A DNA stretch of 64,000 nucleotides from NCBI RefSeq assembly GCF_009914755.1, contig NC_060937.1, one strand, 5' to 3'. How positions within the stretch are numbered: the stretch's first letter is position 1; each line of letters begins with the position of its first letter. Positions 1 to 18,000 of this stretch are shown here, in pieces. A program made the translations under genes and the position numbers. The stretch is from the human T2T-CHM13v2.0 reference genome, Homo sapiens. The notes under the pieces are model-generated. The model was not told the origin of the DNA. It did no database searches and saw only the letters and a program-made list of their open reading frames with translations.

Positions 1-3000
1 AAGTACCCCAAATACATATTATATACTGTACATGCAATATCAAAGTTCACAAACTATATATTATATACTGTACATAAAATATCAAAGCACCCAAGGTATA
101 TATTCTATACTGTACAAAAAATATAAAAGTACCCAAAACATGTATTATATACTGTACATAAAATATGAAAGTACATCAAATATATATTTTATTCTGTACA
201 TAAAATATCAAAGTACACCAAATATATATTCTATAGTGTACATAAAATATCAAAGTACCCAAACTATACATTATATACTGTACATAAAATATGAAATTAC
301 ATCAAATATATATTATAATAGGTACATAAAATATGAAAGTACATCAAATATAAATTATGTACTGTACATAAAATACCAAAGAACCCCAAATATATATTAT
401 ATACTGTACATGAAATATCAAAGTTCACAAACTATATATTATATACTGTACATAAAATATCAAAGTACCCAAGGTATATATTCTATACTGTACAAAAAAT
501 ATCAAAGTACCCAAAGCATGTATCATATACTGTACATAAAATATGAAAGTACATCAAATATATATTTTATTCTGTACATAAAATATCAAAGTACACCAAA
601 TATATATTCTATAGTGTACATAAAATATCAAAGTACCCAAACTGTACATTTTATACTGTACATAAAATATGAAATTATATCAAATATATATTACATTAGG
701 TACATAAAATATGAAAGTACATCAAATATAGATTATATACTGTACATAAAATATCAAATTACCCCAAATATATATTATATACTGTACATGAAATATCAAA
801 GTTCACAAACTATATATTATATACTGTACATAAAATATCAAAGTACCCAAGGTATATATTCTGTACTGTACAAAAAATATCAAAGTACCCAAAGCATGTA
901 TTATATACTGTACATAAAATATGAAAGTACATCAAATAAATGTTTTATTCTGTACATAAAATATCAAAGTACACCAAATATATATTCTACACTGTACATA
1001 AAATATCAAAGTACCCAAACTATACATTATAAACTGTACATAAAATATGAAATTACATCAATATATACTATATTATGTACATAAAATATGAAAGTACATC
1101 AAATATAGATTATATACTGTACATAAAATATCAAATTACCCCAAATATATATTATATACTGTACATGAAATATCAAAGTTCACAAACTATATATTATATA
1201 CTGTACATAAAATATCAAAGTACCCAAGGTATATATTCTGTACTGTACAAAAAATATAAAAGTACCCAAAACATGTATTATATACTGTACATAAAATATG
1301 AAAGTACATCAAATATATATTTTATTCTGTACATAAAATATCAAAGTACACCAAATATATATTCTATAGTGTACATAAAATATCAAAGTACCCAAACTAT
1401 ACATTATATACTGTACATAAAATATGAAATTACATCAAATATATATTATAATAGGTACATAAAATATGAAAGTACATCAAATATAAATTATGTACTGTAC
1501 ATAAAATACCAAAGAACCCCAAATATATATTATATACTGTACATGAAATATCAAAGTTCACAAACTATATATTATATACTGTACATAAAATATCAAAGTA
1601 CCCAAGGTATATATTCTATACTGTACAAAAAATATCAAAGTACCCAAAGCATGTATCATATACTGTACATAAAATATGAAAGTACATCAAATATATATTT
1701 TATTCTGTACATAAAATATCAAAGTACACCAAATATATATTCTATAGTGTACATAAAATATCAAAGTACCCAAACTATACATTTTATACTGTACATAAAA
1801 TATGAAATTATATCAAATATATATTACATTAGGTACATAAAATATGAAAGTACATCAAATATAGATTATATACTGTACATAAAATATCAAATTACCCCAA
1901 ATATATATTATATACTGTACATGAAATATCAAAGTTCACAAACTATATATTATATACTGTACATAAAATATCAAAGTACCCAAGGTATATATTCTGTACT
2001 GTACAAAAAATATCAAAGTACCCAAAGCATGTATTATATACTATACATAAAATATGAAAGTACATCAAATAAATGTTTTATTCTGTACATAAAATATCAA
2101 AGTACACCAAATATATATTCTACACTGTACATAAAATATCAAAGTACCCAAACTATACATTATAAACTGTACATAAAATATGAAATTACATCAATATATA
2201 CTATATTATGTACATAAAATATGAAAGTACATCAAATATAGATTATATACTGTACATAAAATACCAAAGTACACCAAATATATATTTTATACTGTACATG
2301 CAATATCACAGTTCACAAACTATATATTATATACTGTACATAAAATATCAAAGTACCCAAGGTATATATTCTATACTGTGCAAAAAATATCAAAGTACCC
2401 AAAGCATGTATTATATACTGTACATAAAATATGAAAGTACATCAAATATATATTTTATTCTGTACATAAAATATCAAAGTACACTAAATATATATTCTAT
2501 AGTGTACATAAAATATCAAAGTACCCAAACTATACATTATATAGTGTACATAAAATATGAAATTACATCAAATATATATTATATTAGGTACATAAAATAT
2601 GAAAGTACATCAAATATAGATTATATACTGTACATAAAATACCAAAGTACCCCAAATACATATTATATACTGTACATGCAATATCAAAGTTCACAAACTA
2701 TATATTATATACTGTACATAAAATATCAAAGCACCCAAGGTATATATTCTATACTGTACAAAAAATATAAAAGTACCCAAAACATGTATTATATACTGTA
2801 CATAAAATATGAAAGTACATCAAATATATATTTTATTCTGTACATAAAATATCAAAGTACACCAAATATATATTCTATAGTGTACATAAAATATCAAAGT
2901 ACCCAAACTATACATTATATACTGTACATAAAATATGAAATTACATCAAATATATATTATAATAGGTACATAAAATATGAAAGTACATCAAATATAAATT

Positions 3001-6000
3001 ATGTACTGTACATAAAATACCAAAGAACCCCAAATATATATTATATACTGTACATGAAATATCAAAGTTCACAAACTATATATTATATACTGTACATAAA
3101 ATATCAAAGTACCCAAGGTATATATTCTATACTGTACAAAAAATATCAAAGTACCCAAAGCATGTATCATATACTGTACATAAAATATGAAAGTACATCA
3201 AATATATATTTTATTCTGTACATAAAATATCAAAGTACACCAAATATATATTCTATAGTGTACATAAAATATCAAAGTACCCAAACTATACATTTTATAC
3301 TGTACATAAAATATGAAATTATATCAAATATATATTACATTAGGTACATAAAATATGAAAGTACATCAAATATAGATTATATACTGTACATAAAATATCA
3401 AATTACCCCAAATATATATTATATACTGTACATGAAATATCAAAGTTCACAAACTATATATTATATACTGTACATAAAATATCAAAGTACCCAAGGTATA
3501 TATTCTGTACTGTACAAAAAATATCAAAGTACCCAAAGCATGTATTATATACTGTACATAAAATATGAAAGTACATCAAATAAATGTTTTATTCTGTACA
3601 TAAAATATCAAAGTACACCAAATATATATTCTACACTGTACATAAAATATCAAAGTACCCAAACTATACATTATAAACTGTACATAAAATATGAAATTAC
3701 ATCAATATATACTATATTATGTACATAAAATATGAAAGTACATCAAATATAGATTATATACTGTACATAAAATATCAAATTACCCCAAATATATATTATA
3801 TACTGTACATGAAATATCAAAGTTCACAAACTATATATTATATACTGTACATAAAATATCAAAGTACCCAAGGTATATATTCTGTACTGTACAAAAAATA
3901 TAAAAGTACCCAAAACATGTATTATATACTGTACATAAAATATGAAAGTACATCAAATATATATTTTATTCTGTACATAAAATATCAAAGTACACCAAAT
4001 ATATATTCTATAGTGTACATAAAATATCAAAGTACCCAAACTATACATTATATACTGTACATAAAATATGAAATTACATCAAATATATATTATAATAGGT
4101 ACATAAAATATGAAAGTACATCAAATATAAATTATGTACTGTACATAAAATACCAAAGAACCCCAAATATATATTATATACTGTACATGAAATATCAAAG
4201 TTCACAAACTATATATTATATACTGTACATAAAATATCAAAGTACCCAAGGTATATATTCTATACTGTACAAAAAATATCAAAGTACCCAAAGCATGTAT
4301 CATATACTGTACATAAAATATGAAAGTACATCAAATATATATTTTATTCTGTACATAAAATATCAAAGTACACCAAATATATATTCTATAGTGTACATAA
4401 AATATCAAAGTACCCAAACTATACATTTTATACTGTACATAAAATATGAAATTATATCAAATATATATTACATTAGGTACATAAAATATGAAAGTACATC
4501 AAATATAGATTATATACTGTACATAAAATATCAAATTACCCCAAATATATATTATATACTGTACATGAAATATCAAAGTTCACAAACTATATATTATATA
4601 CTGTACATAAAATATCAAAGTACCCAAGGTATATATTCTGTACTGTACAAAAAATATCAAAGTACCCAAAGCATGTATTATATACTGTACATAAAATATG
4701 AAAGTACATCAAATAAATGTTTTATTCTGTACATAAAATATCAAAGTACACCAAATATATATTCTACACTGTACATAAAATATCAAAGTACCCAAACTAT
4801 ACATTATAAACTGTACATAAAATATGAAATTACATCAATATATACTATATTATGTACATAAAATATGAAAGTACATCAAATATAGATTATATACTGTACA
4901 TAAAATACCAAAGTACACCAAATATATATTTTATACTGTACATGCAATATCACAGTTCACAAACTATATATTATATACTGTACATAAAATATCAAAGTAC
5001 CCAAGGTATATATTCTATACTGTGCAAAAAATATCAAAGTACCCAAAGCATGTATTATATACTGTACATAAAATATGAAAGTACATCAAATATATATTTT
5101 ATTCTGTACATAAAATATCAAAGTACACTAAATATATATTCTATAGTGTACATAAAATATCAAAGTACCCAAACTATACATTATATAGTGTACATAAAAT
5201 ATGAAATTACATCAAATATATATTATATTAGGTACATAAAATATGAAAGTACATCAAATATAGATTATATACTGTACATAAAATACCAAAGTACCCCAAA
5301 TACATATTATATACTGTACATGCAATATCAAAGTTCACAAACTATATATTATATACTGTACATAAAATATCAAAGCACCCAAGGTATATATTCTATACTG
5401 TACAAAAAATATAAAAGTACCCAAAACATGTATTATATACTGTACATAAAATATGAAAGTACATCAAATATATATTTTATTCTGTACATAAAATATCAAA
5501 GTACACCAAATATATATTCTATAGTGTACATAAAATATCAAAGTACCCAAACTATACATTATATACTGTACATAAAATATGAAATTACATCAAATATATA
5601 TTATAATAGGTACATAAAATATGAAAGTACATCAAATATAAATTATGTACTGTACATAAAATACCAAAGAACCCCAAATATATATTATATACTGTACATG
5701 AAATATCAAAGTTCACAAACTATATATTATATACTGTACATAAAATATCAAAGTACCCAAGGTATATATTCTATACTGTACAAAAAATATCAAAGTACCC
5801 AAAGCATGTATCATATACTGTACATAAAATATGAAAGTACATCAAATATATATTTTATTCTGTACATAAAATATCAAAGTACACCAAATATATATTCTAT
5901 AGTGTACATAAAATATCAAAGTACCCAAACTATACATTTTATACTGTACATAAAATATGAAATTATATCAAATATATATTACATTAGGTACATAAAATAT

Positions 6001-9000
6001 GAAAGTACATCAAATATAGATTATATACTGTACATAAAATATCAAATTACCCCAAATATATATTATATACTGTACATGAAATATCAAAGTTCACAAACTA
6101 TATATTATATACTGTACATAAAATATCAAAGTACCCAAGGTATATATTCTGTACTGTACAAAAAATATCAAAGTACCCAAAGCATGTATTATATACTGTA
6201 CATAAAATATGAAAGTACATCAAATAAATGTTTTATTCTGTACATAAAATATCAAAGTACACCAAATATATATTCTACACTGTACATAAAATATCAAAGT
6301 ACCCAAACTATACATTATAAACTGTACATAAAATATGAAATTACATCAATATATACTATATTATGTACATAAAATATGAAAGTACATCAAATATAGATTA
6401 TATACTGTACATAAAATATCAAATTACCCCAAATATATATTATATACTGTACATGAAATATCAAAGTTCACAAACTATATATTATATACTGTACATAAAA
6501 TATCAAAGTACCCAAGGTATATATTCTGTACTGTACAAAAAATATAAAAGTACCCAAAACATGTATTATATACTGTACATAAAATATGAAAGTACATCAA
6601 ATATATATTTTATTCTGTACATAAAATATCAAAGTACACCAAATATATATTCTATAGTGTACATAAAATATCAAAGTACCCAAACTATACATTTTATACT
6701 GTACATAAAATATGAAATTATATCAAATATATATTACATTAGGTACATAAAATATGAAAGTACATCAAATATAGATTATATACTGTACATAAAATATCAA
6801 ATTACCCCAAATATATATTATATACTGTACATGAAATATCAAAGTTCACAAACTATATATTATATACTGTACATAAAATATCAAAGTACCCAAGGTATAT
6901 ATTCTGTACTGTACAAAAAATATCAAAGTACCCAAAGCATGTATTATATACTGTACATAAAATATGAAAGTACATCAAATAAATGTTTTATTCTGTACAT
7001 AAAATATCAAAGTACACCAAATATATATTCTACACTGTACATAAAATATCAAAGTACCCAAACTATACATTATAAACTGTACATAAAATATGAAATTACA
7101 TCAATATATACTATATTATGTACATAAAATATGAAAGTACATCAAATATAGATTATATACTGTACATAAAATACCAAAGTACACCAAATATATATTTTAT
7201 ACTGTACATGCAATATCACAGTTCACAAACTATATATTATATACTGTACATAAAATATCAAAGTACCCAAGGTATATATTCTATACTGTGCAAAAAATAT
7301 CAAAGTACCCAAAGCATGTATTATATACTGTACATAAAATATGAAAGTACATCAAATATATATTTTATTCTGTACATAAAATATCAAAGTACACTAAATA
7401 TATATTCTATAGTGTACATAAAATATCAAAGTACCCAAACTATACATTATATAGTGTACATAAAATATGAAATTACATCAAATATATATTATATTAGGTA
7501 CATAAAATATGAAAGTACATCAAATATAGATTATATACTGTACATAAAATACCAAAGTACCCCAAATACATATTATATACTGTACATGAAATATCAAAGT
7601 TCACAAACTATATATTATATACTGTACATAAAATATCAAAGTACCCAAGGTATATATTCTATACTGTACAAAAAATATCAAAGTACCCCAAGCAAGTATT
7701 ATATACTGTACATAAAATATGAAAGTACATCAAATATATATTTTATTCTGTACATAAAGTATCAAAGTACACCAAATATATATTCTATAGTGTACATAAA
7801 ATATCAAAGTACCCAAACTATACATTATATACTGTAGATAAAATATGAAATTACATCAAATATATATTATATTAGGTACTTAAAATATGAAAGTACATCA
7901 AATATAAATTATATACTGTACATAAAATACCAAAGTACCCCAAGTATATATTATATACTGTACATGCAATATCAAAGTTCACAAACTATATATCATATAC
8001 TGTACATAAAATATCAAAGTACCGAAGGTATATATTCTATAGTGTACAAAAAATATGAAAGTACGCAAAGCATGTATTATATACTGTACATAAAATATGA
8101 AAGTACATCAAATAAATATTTTATTCTGTACATAAAATATCAAAGTACACCAAATATATATTCTACAGTGTACATAAAATATCAAAGTACCCAAACTATA
8201 CATTATATACAGTACATAAAATATGAAATTACATCAAATATATATTATAATAGGTACATAAAATATGAAAGTACATCAAATATAAATTATATACTGTACA
8301 TAAAATACCAAAGAACCCCAAATATATATTATATACTGTACATGAAATATCAAAGTTCACAAGCTATATATTATATACAGTATATAAAATATCAAAGTAC
8401 CCAAGGTATATATTCTATACTGTACAAAAAATATCAAAGTACCCAAAGCATGTATTATATACTGTTCATAAAATATGAAAGTACATCAAATATATATTTT
8501 ATTCTGTACATAAAATATCAAAGTACAGCAAATATATATTCTATAGTGTACATTAAATATCAAAGTACCCAAACTATACATTATATACTGTACATAAAAT
8601 ATGAAATTACATCAAATATATATTATATTAGGTACATAAAATATGAAAGTACATCAAATATAGATTATATACTGTACATAAAATACCAAAGTACCCCAAG
8701 TACATATTATATACTGTACATGAAATATCAAAGTTCACAAACTATATATTATATACTGTACATAAAATATCAAAGTACCCAAGGTATATATTCTATACTG
8801 TACAAAAAATATCAAAGTACCCAAAGCAAGTATTATATACTGTACATAAAATATTAAAGTACATCAAATATATATTTTATTCTGTACATAAAGTATCAAA
8901 GTACACCAAATATATATTCTATAGTGTACATAAAATATCAAAGTACCCAAACTATACATTATATACTGTACATAAAATATGAAATTACATCAAATATATA

Positions 9001-12000
9001 TTATATTAGGTACTTAAAATATGAAAGTACATCAAATATAAATTATATACTGTACATAAAATACCAAAGTACCCCAAATATATATTATATACTGTACATG
9101 CAATATCAAAGTTCACAAACTATATATCATATACTGTACATAAAATATCAAAGTACCGAAAGTATATATTCTATAGTGTACAAAAAATATGAAAGTACGC
9201 AAAGCATGTATTATATACTGTACATAAAATATTAAAGTACATCAAATATATATTTTATTCTGTACATAAAACATCAAAGTACACCAAATATATATTCTAT
9301 AGTGTACATAAAATATCAAAGTACCAAACTATACATTATATACAGTACATAAAATATGAAATTACATCAAATATATATTATAATAGGTACATAAAATATG
9401 AAAGTACATCAAATATACATTATATACTGTACATAAAATACCAAAGAACCCCAAATATATATTATATACTGTACATGAAATATCAAAGTTCACAAACTAT
9501 ATATTATATACTGTATAGAAAATATCAAAGTACCCAAGGTATATATTCTATACTGTACAAAAAATATCAAAGTACCCAAAGCATGTATTATATACTGTTC
9601 ATAAAATATGAAAGTACATCAAATATATATTTTATTCTGTACATAAAATATCAAAGTACACCAAATATATATTCTATAGTGTACATTAAATATCAAAGTA
9701 CCCAAACTATACATTATATACTGTACATAAAATATGAAATTACATCAAATATATATTATATTAGGTACATAAAATATGAAAGTACATCAAATATAGATTA
9801 TATACTGTACATAAAATACCAAAGTACCCCAAGTACATATTATATACTGTACATGAAATATCAAAGTTCACAAACTATATATTATATACTGTACATAAAA
9901 TATCAAAGTACCCAAGGTATATATTCTATACTGTGCAAAAAATTTCAAAGTACCCAAAGCAAGTATTATATACTGTACATAAAATATGAAAGTACATCAA
10001 ATATATATTTTATTCTGTACATAAAATATCAAAGTACACCAAATATATATTCTATAGTGTACATAAAATATCAAAGTACCCAAACTATACATTATAAACT
10101 GTACATAAAATATGAAATTACATCAATATATACTATATTATGTACATAAAATATGAAAGTACATCAAATATAGATTATATACTGTACATAAAATACCAAA
10201 GTACACCAAATATATATTTTATACTGTACATGCAATATCACAGTTCACAAACTATATATTATATACTGTACATAAAATATCAAAGTACCCAAGGTATATA
10301 TTCTATACTGTGCAAAAAATATCAAAGTACCCAAAGCATGTATTATATACTGTACATAAAATATGAAAGTACATCAAATATATATTTTATTCTGTACATA
10401 AAATATCAAAGTACACTAAATATATATTCTATAGTGTACATAAAATATCAAAGTACCCAAACTATACATTATATAGTGTACATAAAATATGAAATTACAT
10501 CAAATATATATTATATTAGGTACATAAAATATGAAAGTACATCAAATATAGATTATATACTGTACATAAAATACCAAAGTACCCCAAATACATATTATAT
10601 ACTGTACATGAAATATCAAAGTTCACAAACTATATATTATATACTGTACATAAAATATCAAAGTACCCAAGGTATATATTCTATACTGTACAAAAAATAT
10701 CAAAGTACCCCAAGCAAGTATTATATACTGTACATAAAATATGAAAGTACATCAAATATATATTTTATTCTGTACATAAAGTATCAAAGTACACCAAATA
10801 TATATTCTATAGTGTACATAAAATATCAAAGTACCCAAACTATACATTATATACTGTAGATAAAATATGAAATTACATCAAATATATATTATATTAGGTA
10901 CTTAAAATATGAAAGTACATCAAATATAAATTATATACTGTACATAAAATACCAAAGTACCCCAAGTATATATTATATACTGTACATGCAATATCAAAGT
11001 TCACAAACTATATATCATATACTGTACATAAAATATCAAAGTACCGAAGGTATATATTCTATAGTGTACAAAAAATATGAAAGTACGCAAAGCATGTATT
11101 ATATACTGTACATAAAATATGAAAGTACATCAAATATATATTTTATTCTGTACATAAAATATCAAAGTACACCAAATATATATTCTACAGTGTACATAAA
11201 ATATCAAAGTACCCAAACTATACATTATATACAGTACATAAAATATGAAATTACATCAAATATATATTATAATAGGTACATAAAATATGAAAGTACATCA
11301 AATATAAATTATATACTGTACATAAAATACCAAAGAACCCCAAATATATATTATATACTGTACATGAAATATCAAAGTTCACAAGCTATATATTATATAC
11401 AGTATATAAAATATCAAAGTACCCAAGGTATATATTCTATACTGTACAAAAAATATCAAAGTACCCAAAGCATGTATTATATACTGTACATAAAATATGA
11501 AAGTACATCAAATATATATTTTATTCTGTACATAAAATATCAAAGTACACCAAATATATATTCTATAGTGTACATAAAATATCAAAGTACCCAAACTATA
11601 CATTATATACTGTACATAAAATATGAAATTACATCAAATATATATTACCTTAGGTACATAAAATATGAAAGTACATCAAATATAGATTATATACTGTACA
11701 TAAAATACCAAAGTACCCCAAATACATATTATATACTGTACATGCAATATCAAAGTTCACAAACTATATATTATATACTGTACATAAAATATCAAAGCAC
11801 CCAAGGTATATATTCTATACTGTACAAAAAATATAAAAGTACCCAAAACATGTATTATATACTGTACATAAAATATGAAAGTACATCAAATATATATTTT
11901 ATTCTGTACATAAAATATCAAAGTACACCAAATATATATTCTATAGTGTACATAAAATATCAAAGTACCCAAACTATACATTATATACTGTACATAAAAT

Positions 12001-15000
12001 ATGAAATTACATCAAATATATATTATAATAGGTACATAAAATATGAAAGTACATCAAATATAAATTATGTACTGTACATAAAATACCAAAGAACCCCAAA
12101 TATATATTATATACTGTACATGAAATATCAAAGTTCACAAACTATATATTATATACTGTACATAAAATATCAAAGTACCCAAGGTATATATTCTATACTG
12201 TACAAAAAATATCAAAGTACCCAAAGCATGTATCATATACTGTACATAAAATATGAAAGTACATCAAATATATATTTTATTCTGTACATAAAATATCAAA
12301 GTACACCAAATATATATTCTATAGTGTACATAAAATATCAAAGTACCCAAACTATACATTTTATACTGTACATAAAATATGAAATTATATCAAATATATA
12401 TTACATTAGGTACATAAAATATGAAAGTACATCAAATATAGATTATATACTGTACATAAAATATCAAATTACCCCAAATATATATTATATACTGTACATG
12501 AAATATCAAAGTTCACAAACTATATATTATATACTGTACATAAAATATCAAAGTACCCAAGGTATATATTCTGTACTGTACAAAAAATATCAAAGTACCC
12601 AAAGCATGTATTATATACTGTACATAAAATATGAAAGTACATCAAATAAATGTTTTATTCTGTACATAAAATATCAAAGTACACCAAATATATATTCTAC
12701 ACTGTACATAAAATATCAAAGTACCCAAACTATACATTATAAACTGTACATAAAATATGAAATTACATCAATATATACTATATTATGTACATAAAATATG
12801 AAAGTACATCAAATATAGATTATATACTGTACATAAAATACCAAAGTACACCAAATATATATTTTATACTGTACATGCAATATCACAGTTCACAAACTAT
12901 ATATTATATACTGTACATAAAATATCAAAGTACCCAAGGTATATATTCTATACTGTGCAAAAAATATCAAAGTACCCAAAGCATGTATTATATACTGTAC
13001 ATAAAATATGAAAGTACATCAAATATATATTTTATTCTGTACATAAAATATCAAAGTACACTAAATATATATTCTATAGTGTACATAAAATATCAAAGTA
13101 CCCAAACTATACATTATATAGTGTACATAAAATATGAAATTACATCAAATATATATTATATTAGGTACATAAAATATGAAAGTACATCAAATATAGATTA
13201 TATACTGTACATAAAATACCAAAGTACCCCAAATACATATTATATACTGTACATGCAATATCAAAGTTCACAAACTATATATTATATACTGTACATAAAA
13301 TATCAAAGCACCCAAGGTATATATTCTATACTGTACAAAAAATATAAAAGTACCCAAAACATGTATTATATACTGTACATAAAATATGAAAGTACATCAA
13401 ATATATATTTTATTCTGTACATAAAATATCAAAGTACACCAAATATATATTCTATAGTGTACATAAAATATCAAAGTACCCAAACTATACATTATATACT
13501 GTACATAAAATATGAAATTACATCAAATATATATTATAATAGGTACATAAAATATGAAAGTACATCAAATATAAATTATGTACTGTACATAAAATACCAA
13601 AGAACCCCAAATATATATTATATACTGTACATGAAATATCAAAGTTCACAAACTATATATTATATACTGTACATAAAATATCAAAGTACCCAAGGTATAT
13701 ATTCTATACTGTACAAAAAATATCAAAGTACCCAAAGCATGTATCATATACTGTACATAAAATATGAAAGTACATCAAATATATATTTTATTCTGTACAT
13801 AAAATATCAAAGTACACCAAATATATATTCTATAGTGTACATAAAATATCAAAGTACCCAAACTATACATTTTATACTGTACATAAAATATGAAATTATA
13901 TCAAATATATATTACATTAGGTACATAAAATATGAAAGTACATCAAATATAGATTATATACTGTACATAAAATATCAAATTACCCCAAATATATATTATA
14001 TACTGTACATGAAATATCAAAGTTCACAAACTATATATTATATACTGTACATAAAATATCAAAGTACCCAAGGTATATATTCTGTACTGTACAAAAAATA
14101 TCAAAGTACCCAAAGCATGTATTATATACTGTACATAAAATATGAAAGTACATCAAATAAATGTTTTATTCTGTACATAAAATATCAAAGTACACCAAAT
14201 ATATATTCTACACTGTACATAAAATATCAAAGTACCCAAACTATACATTATAAACTGTACATAAAATATGAAATTACATCAATATATACTATATTATGTA
14301 CATAAAATATGAAAGTACATCAAATATAGATTATATACTGTACATAAAATACCAAAGTACACCAAATATATATTTTATACTGTACATGCAATATCACAGT
14401 TCACAAACTATATATTATATACTGTACATAAAATATCAAAGTACCCAAGGTATATATTCTATACTGTGCAAAAAATATCAAAGTACCCAAAGCATGTATT
14501 ATATACTGTACATAAAATATGAAAGTACATCAAATATATATTTTATTCTGTACATAAAATATCAAAGTACACTAAATATATATTCTATAGTGTACATAAA
14601 ATATCAAAGTACCCAAACTATACATTATATAGTGTACATAAAATATGAAATTACATCAAATATATATTATATTAGGTACATAAAATATGAAAGTACATCA
14701 AATATAGATTATATACTGTACATAAAATACCAAAGTACCCCAAATACATATTATATACTGTACATGAAATATCAAAGTTCACAAACTATATATTATATAC
14801 TGTACATAAAATATCAAAGTACCCAAGGTATATATTCTATACTGTACAAAAAATATCAAAGTACCCAAAGCATGTATTATATACTATACATAAAATATGA
14901 AAGTACATCAAATATATATTTTATTCTGTACATAAAATATCAAAGTACACCAAATATATATTCTATAGTGTACATAAAATATCAAAGTACCCAAACTATA

Positions 15001-18000
15001 CATTATATACTGTACATAAAATATGAAATTACATCAAATATATATTACCTTAGGTACATAAAATATGAAAGTACATCAAATATAGATTATATACTGTACA
15101 TAAAATACCAAAGTACCCCAAATACATATTATATACTGTACATGCAATATCAAAGTTCACAAACTATATATTATATACTGTACATAAAATATCAAAGCAC
15201 CCAAGGTATATATTCTATACTGTACAAAAAATATAAAAGTACCCAAAACATGTATTATATACTGTACATAAAATATGAAAGTACATCAAATATATATTTT
15301 ATTCTGTACATAAAATATCAAAGTACACCAAATATATATTCTATAGTGTACATAAAATATCAAAGTACCCAAACTATACATTATATACTGTACATAAAAT
15401 ATGAAATTACATCAAATATATATTATAATAGGTACATAAAATATGAAAGTACATCAAATATAAATTATGTACTGTACATAAAATACCAAAGAACCCCAAA
15501 TATATATTATATACTGTACATGAAATATCAAAGTTCACAAACTATATATTATATACTGTACATAAAATATCAAAGTACCCAAGGTATATATTCTATACTG
15601 TACAAAAAATATCAAAGTACCCAAAGCATGTATCATATACTGTACATAAAATATGAAAGTACATCAAATATATATTTTATTCTGTACATAAAATATCAAA
15701 GTACACCAAATATATATTCTATAGTGTGCATAAAATATCAAAGTACCCAAACTATACATTTTATACTGTACATAAAATATGAAATTATATCAAATATATA
15801 TTACATTAGGTACATAAAATATGAAAGTACATCAAATATAGATTATATACTGTACATAAAATATCAAATTACCCCAAATATATATTATATACTGTACATG
15901 AAATATCAAAGTTCACAAACTATATATTATATACTGTACATAAAATATCAAAGTACCCAAGGTATATATTCTGTACTGTACAAAAAATATCAAAGTACCC
16001 AAAGCATGTATTATATACTGTACATAAAATATGAAAGTACATCAAATAAATGTTTTATTCTGTACATAAAATATCAAAGTACACCAAATATATATTCTAC
16101 ACTGTACATAAAATATCAAAGTACCCAAACTATACATTATAAACTGTACATAAAATATGAAATTACATCAATATATACTATATTATGTACATAAAATATG
16201 AAAGTACATCAAATATAGATTATATACTGTACATAAAATACCAAAGTACACCAAATATATATTTTATACTGTACATGCAATATCACAGTTCACAAACTAT
16301 ATATTATATACTGTACATAAAATATCAAAGTACCCAAGGTATATATTCTATACTGTGCAAAAAATATCAAAGTACCCAAAGCATGTATTATATACTGTAC
16401 ATAAAATATGAAAGTACATCAAATATATATTTTATTCTGTACATAAAATATCAAAGTACACTAAATATATATTCTATAGTGTACATAAAATATCAAAGTA
16501 CCCAAACTATACATTATATAGTGTACATAAAATATGAAATTACATCAAATATATATTATATTAGGTACATAAAATATGAAAGTACATCAAATATAGATTA
16601 TATACTGTACATAAAATACCAAAGTACCCCAAATACATATTATATACTGTACATGCAATATCAAAGTTCACAAACTATATATTATATACTGTACATAAAA
16701 TATCAAAGCACCCAAGGTATATATTCTATACTGTACAAAAAATATAAAAGTACCCAAAACATGTATTATATACTGTACATAAAATATGAAAGTACATCAA
16801 ATATATATTTTATTCTGTACATAAAATATCAAAGTACACCAAATATATATTCTATAGTGTACATAAAATATCAAAGTACCCAAACTATACATTATATACT
16901 GTACATAAAATATGAAATTACATCAAATATATATTATAATAGGTACATAAAATATGAAAGTACATCAAATATAAATTATGTACTGTACATAAAATACCAA
17001 AGAACCCCAAATATATATTATATACTGTACATGAAATATCAAAGTTCACAAACTATATATTATATACTGTACATAAAATATCAAAGTACCCAAGGTATAT
17101 ATTCTATACTGTACAAAAAATATCAAAGTACCCAAAGCATGTATCATATACTGTACATAAAATATGAAAGTACATCAAATATATATTTTATTCTGTACAT
17201 AAAATATCAAAGTACACCAAATATATATTCTATAGTGTACATAAAATATCAAAGTACCCAAACTATACATTTTATACTGTACATAAAATATGAAATTATA
17301 TCAAATATATATTACATTAGGTACATAAAATATGAAAGTACATCAAATATAGATTATATACTGTACATAAAATATCAAATTACCCCAAATATATATTATA
17401 TACTGTACATGAAATATCAAAGTTCACAAACTATATATTATATACTGTACATAAAATATCAAAGTACCCAAGGTATATATTCTGTACTGTACAAAAAATA
17501 TCAAAGTACCCAAAGCATGTATTATATACTGTACATAAAATATGAAAGTACATCAAATAAATGTTTTATTCTGTACATAAAATATCAAAGTACACCAAAT
17601 ATATATTCTACACTGTACATAAAATATCAAAGTACCCAAACTATACATTATAAACTGTACATAAAATATGAAATTACATCAATATATACTATATTATGTA
17701 CATAAAATATGAAAGTACATCAAATATAGATTATATACTGTACATAAAATACCAAAGTACACCAAATATATATTTTATACTGTACATGCAATATCACAGT
17801 TCACAAACTATATATTATATACTGTACATAAAATATCAAAGTACCCAAGGTATATATTCTATACTGTGCAAAAAATATCAAAGTACCCAAAGCATGTATT
17901 ATATACTGTACATAAAATATGAAAGTACATCAAATATATATTTTATTCTGTACATAAAATATCAAAGTACACTAAATATATATTCTATAGTGTACATAAA

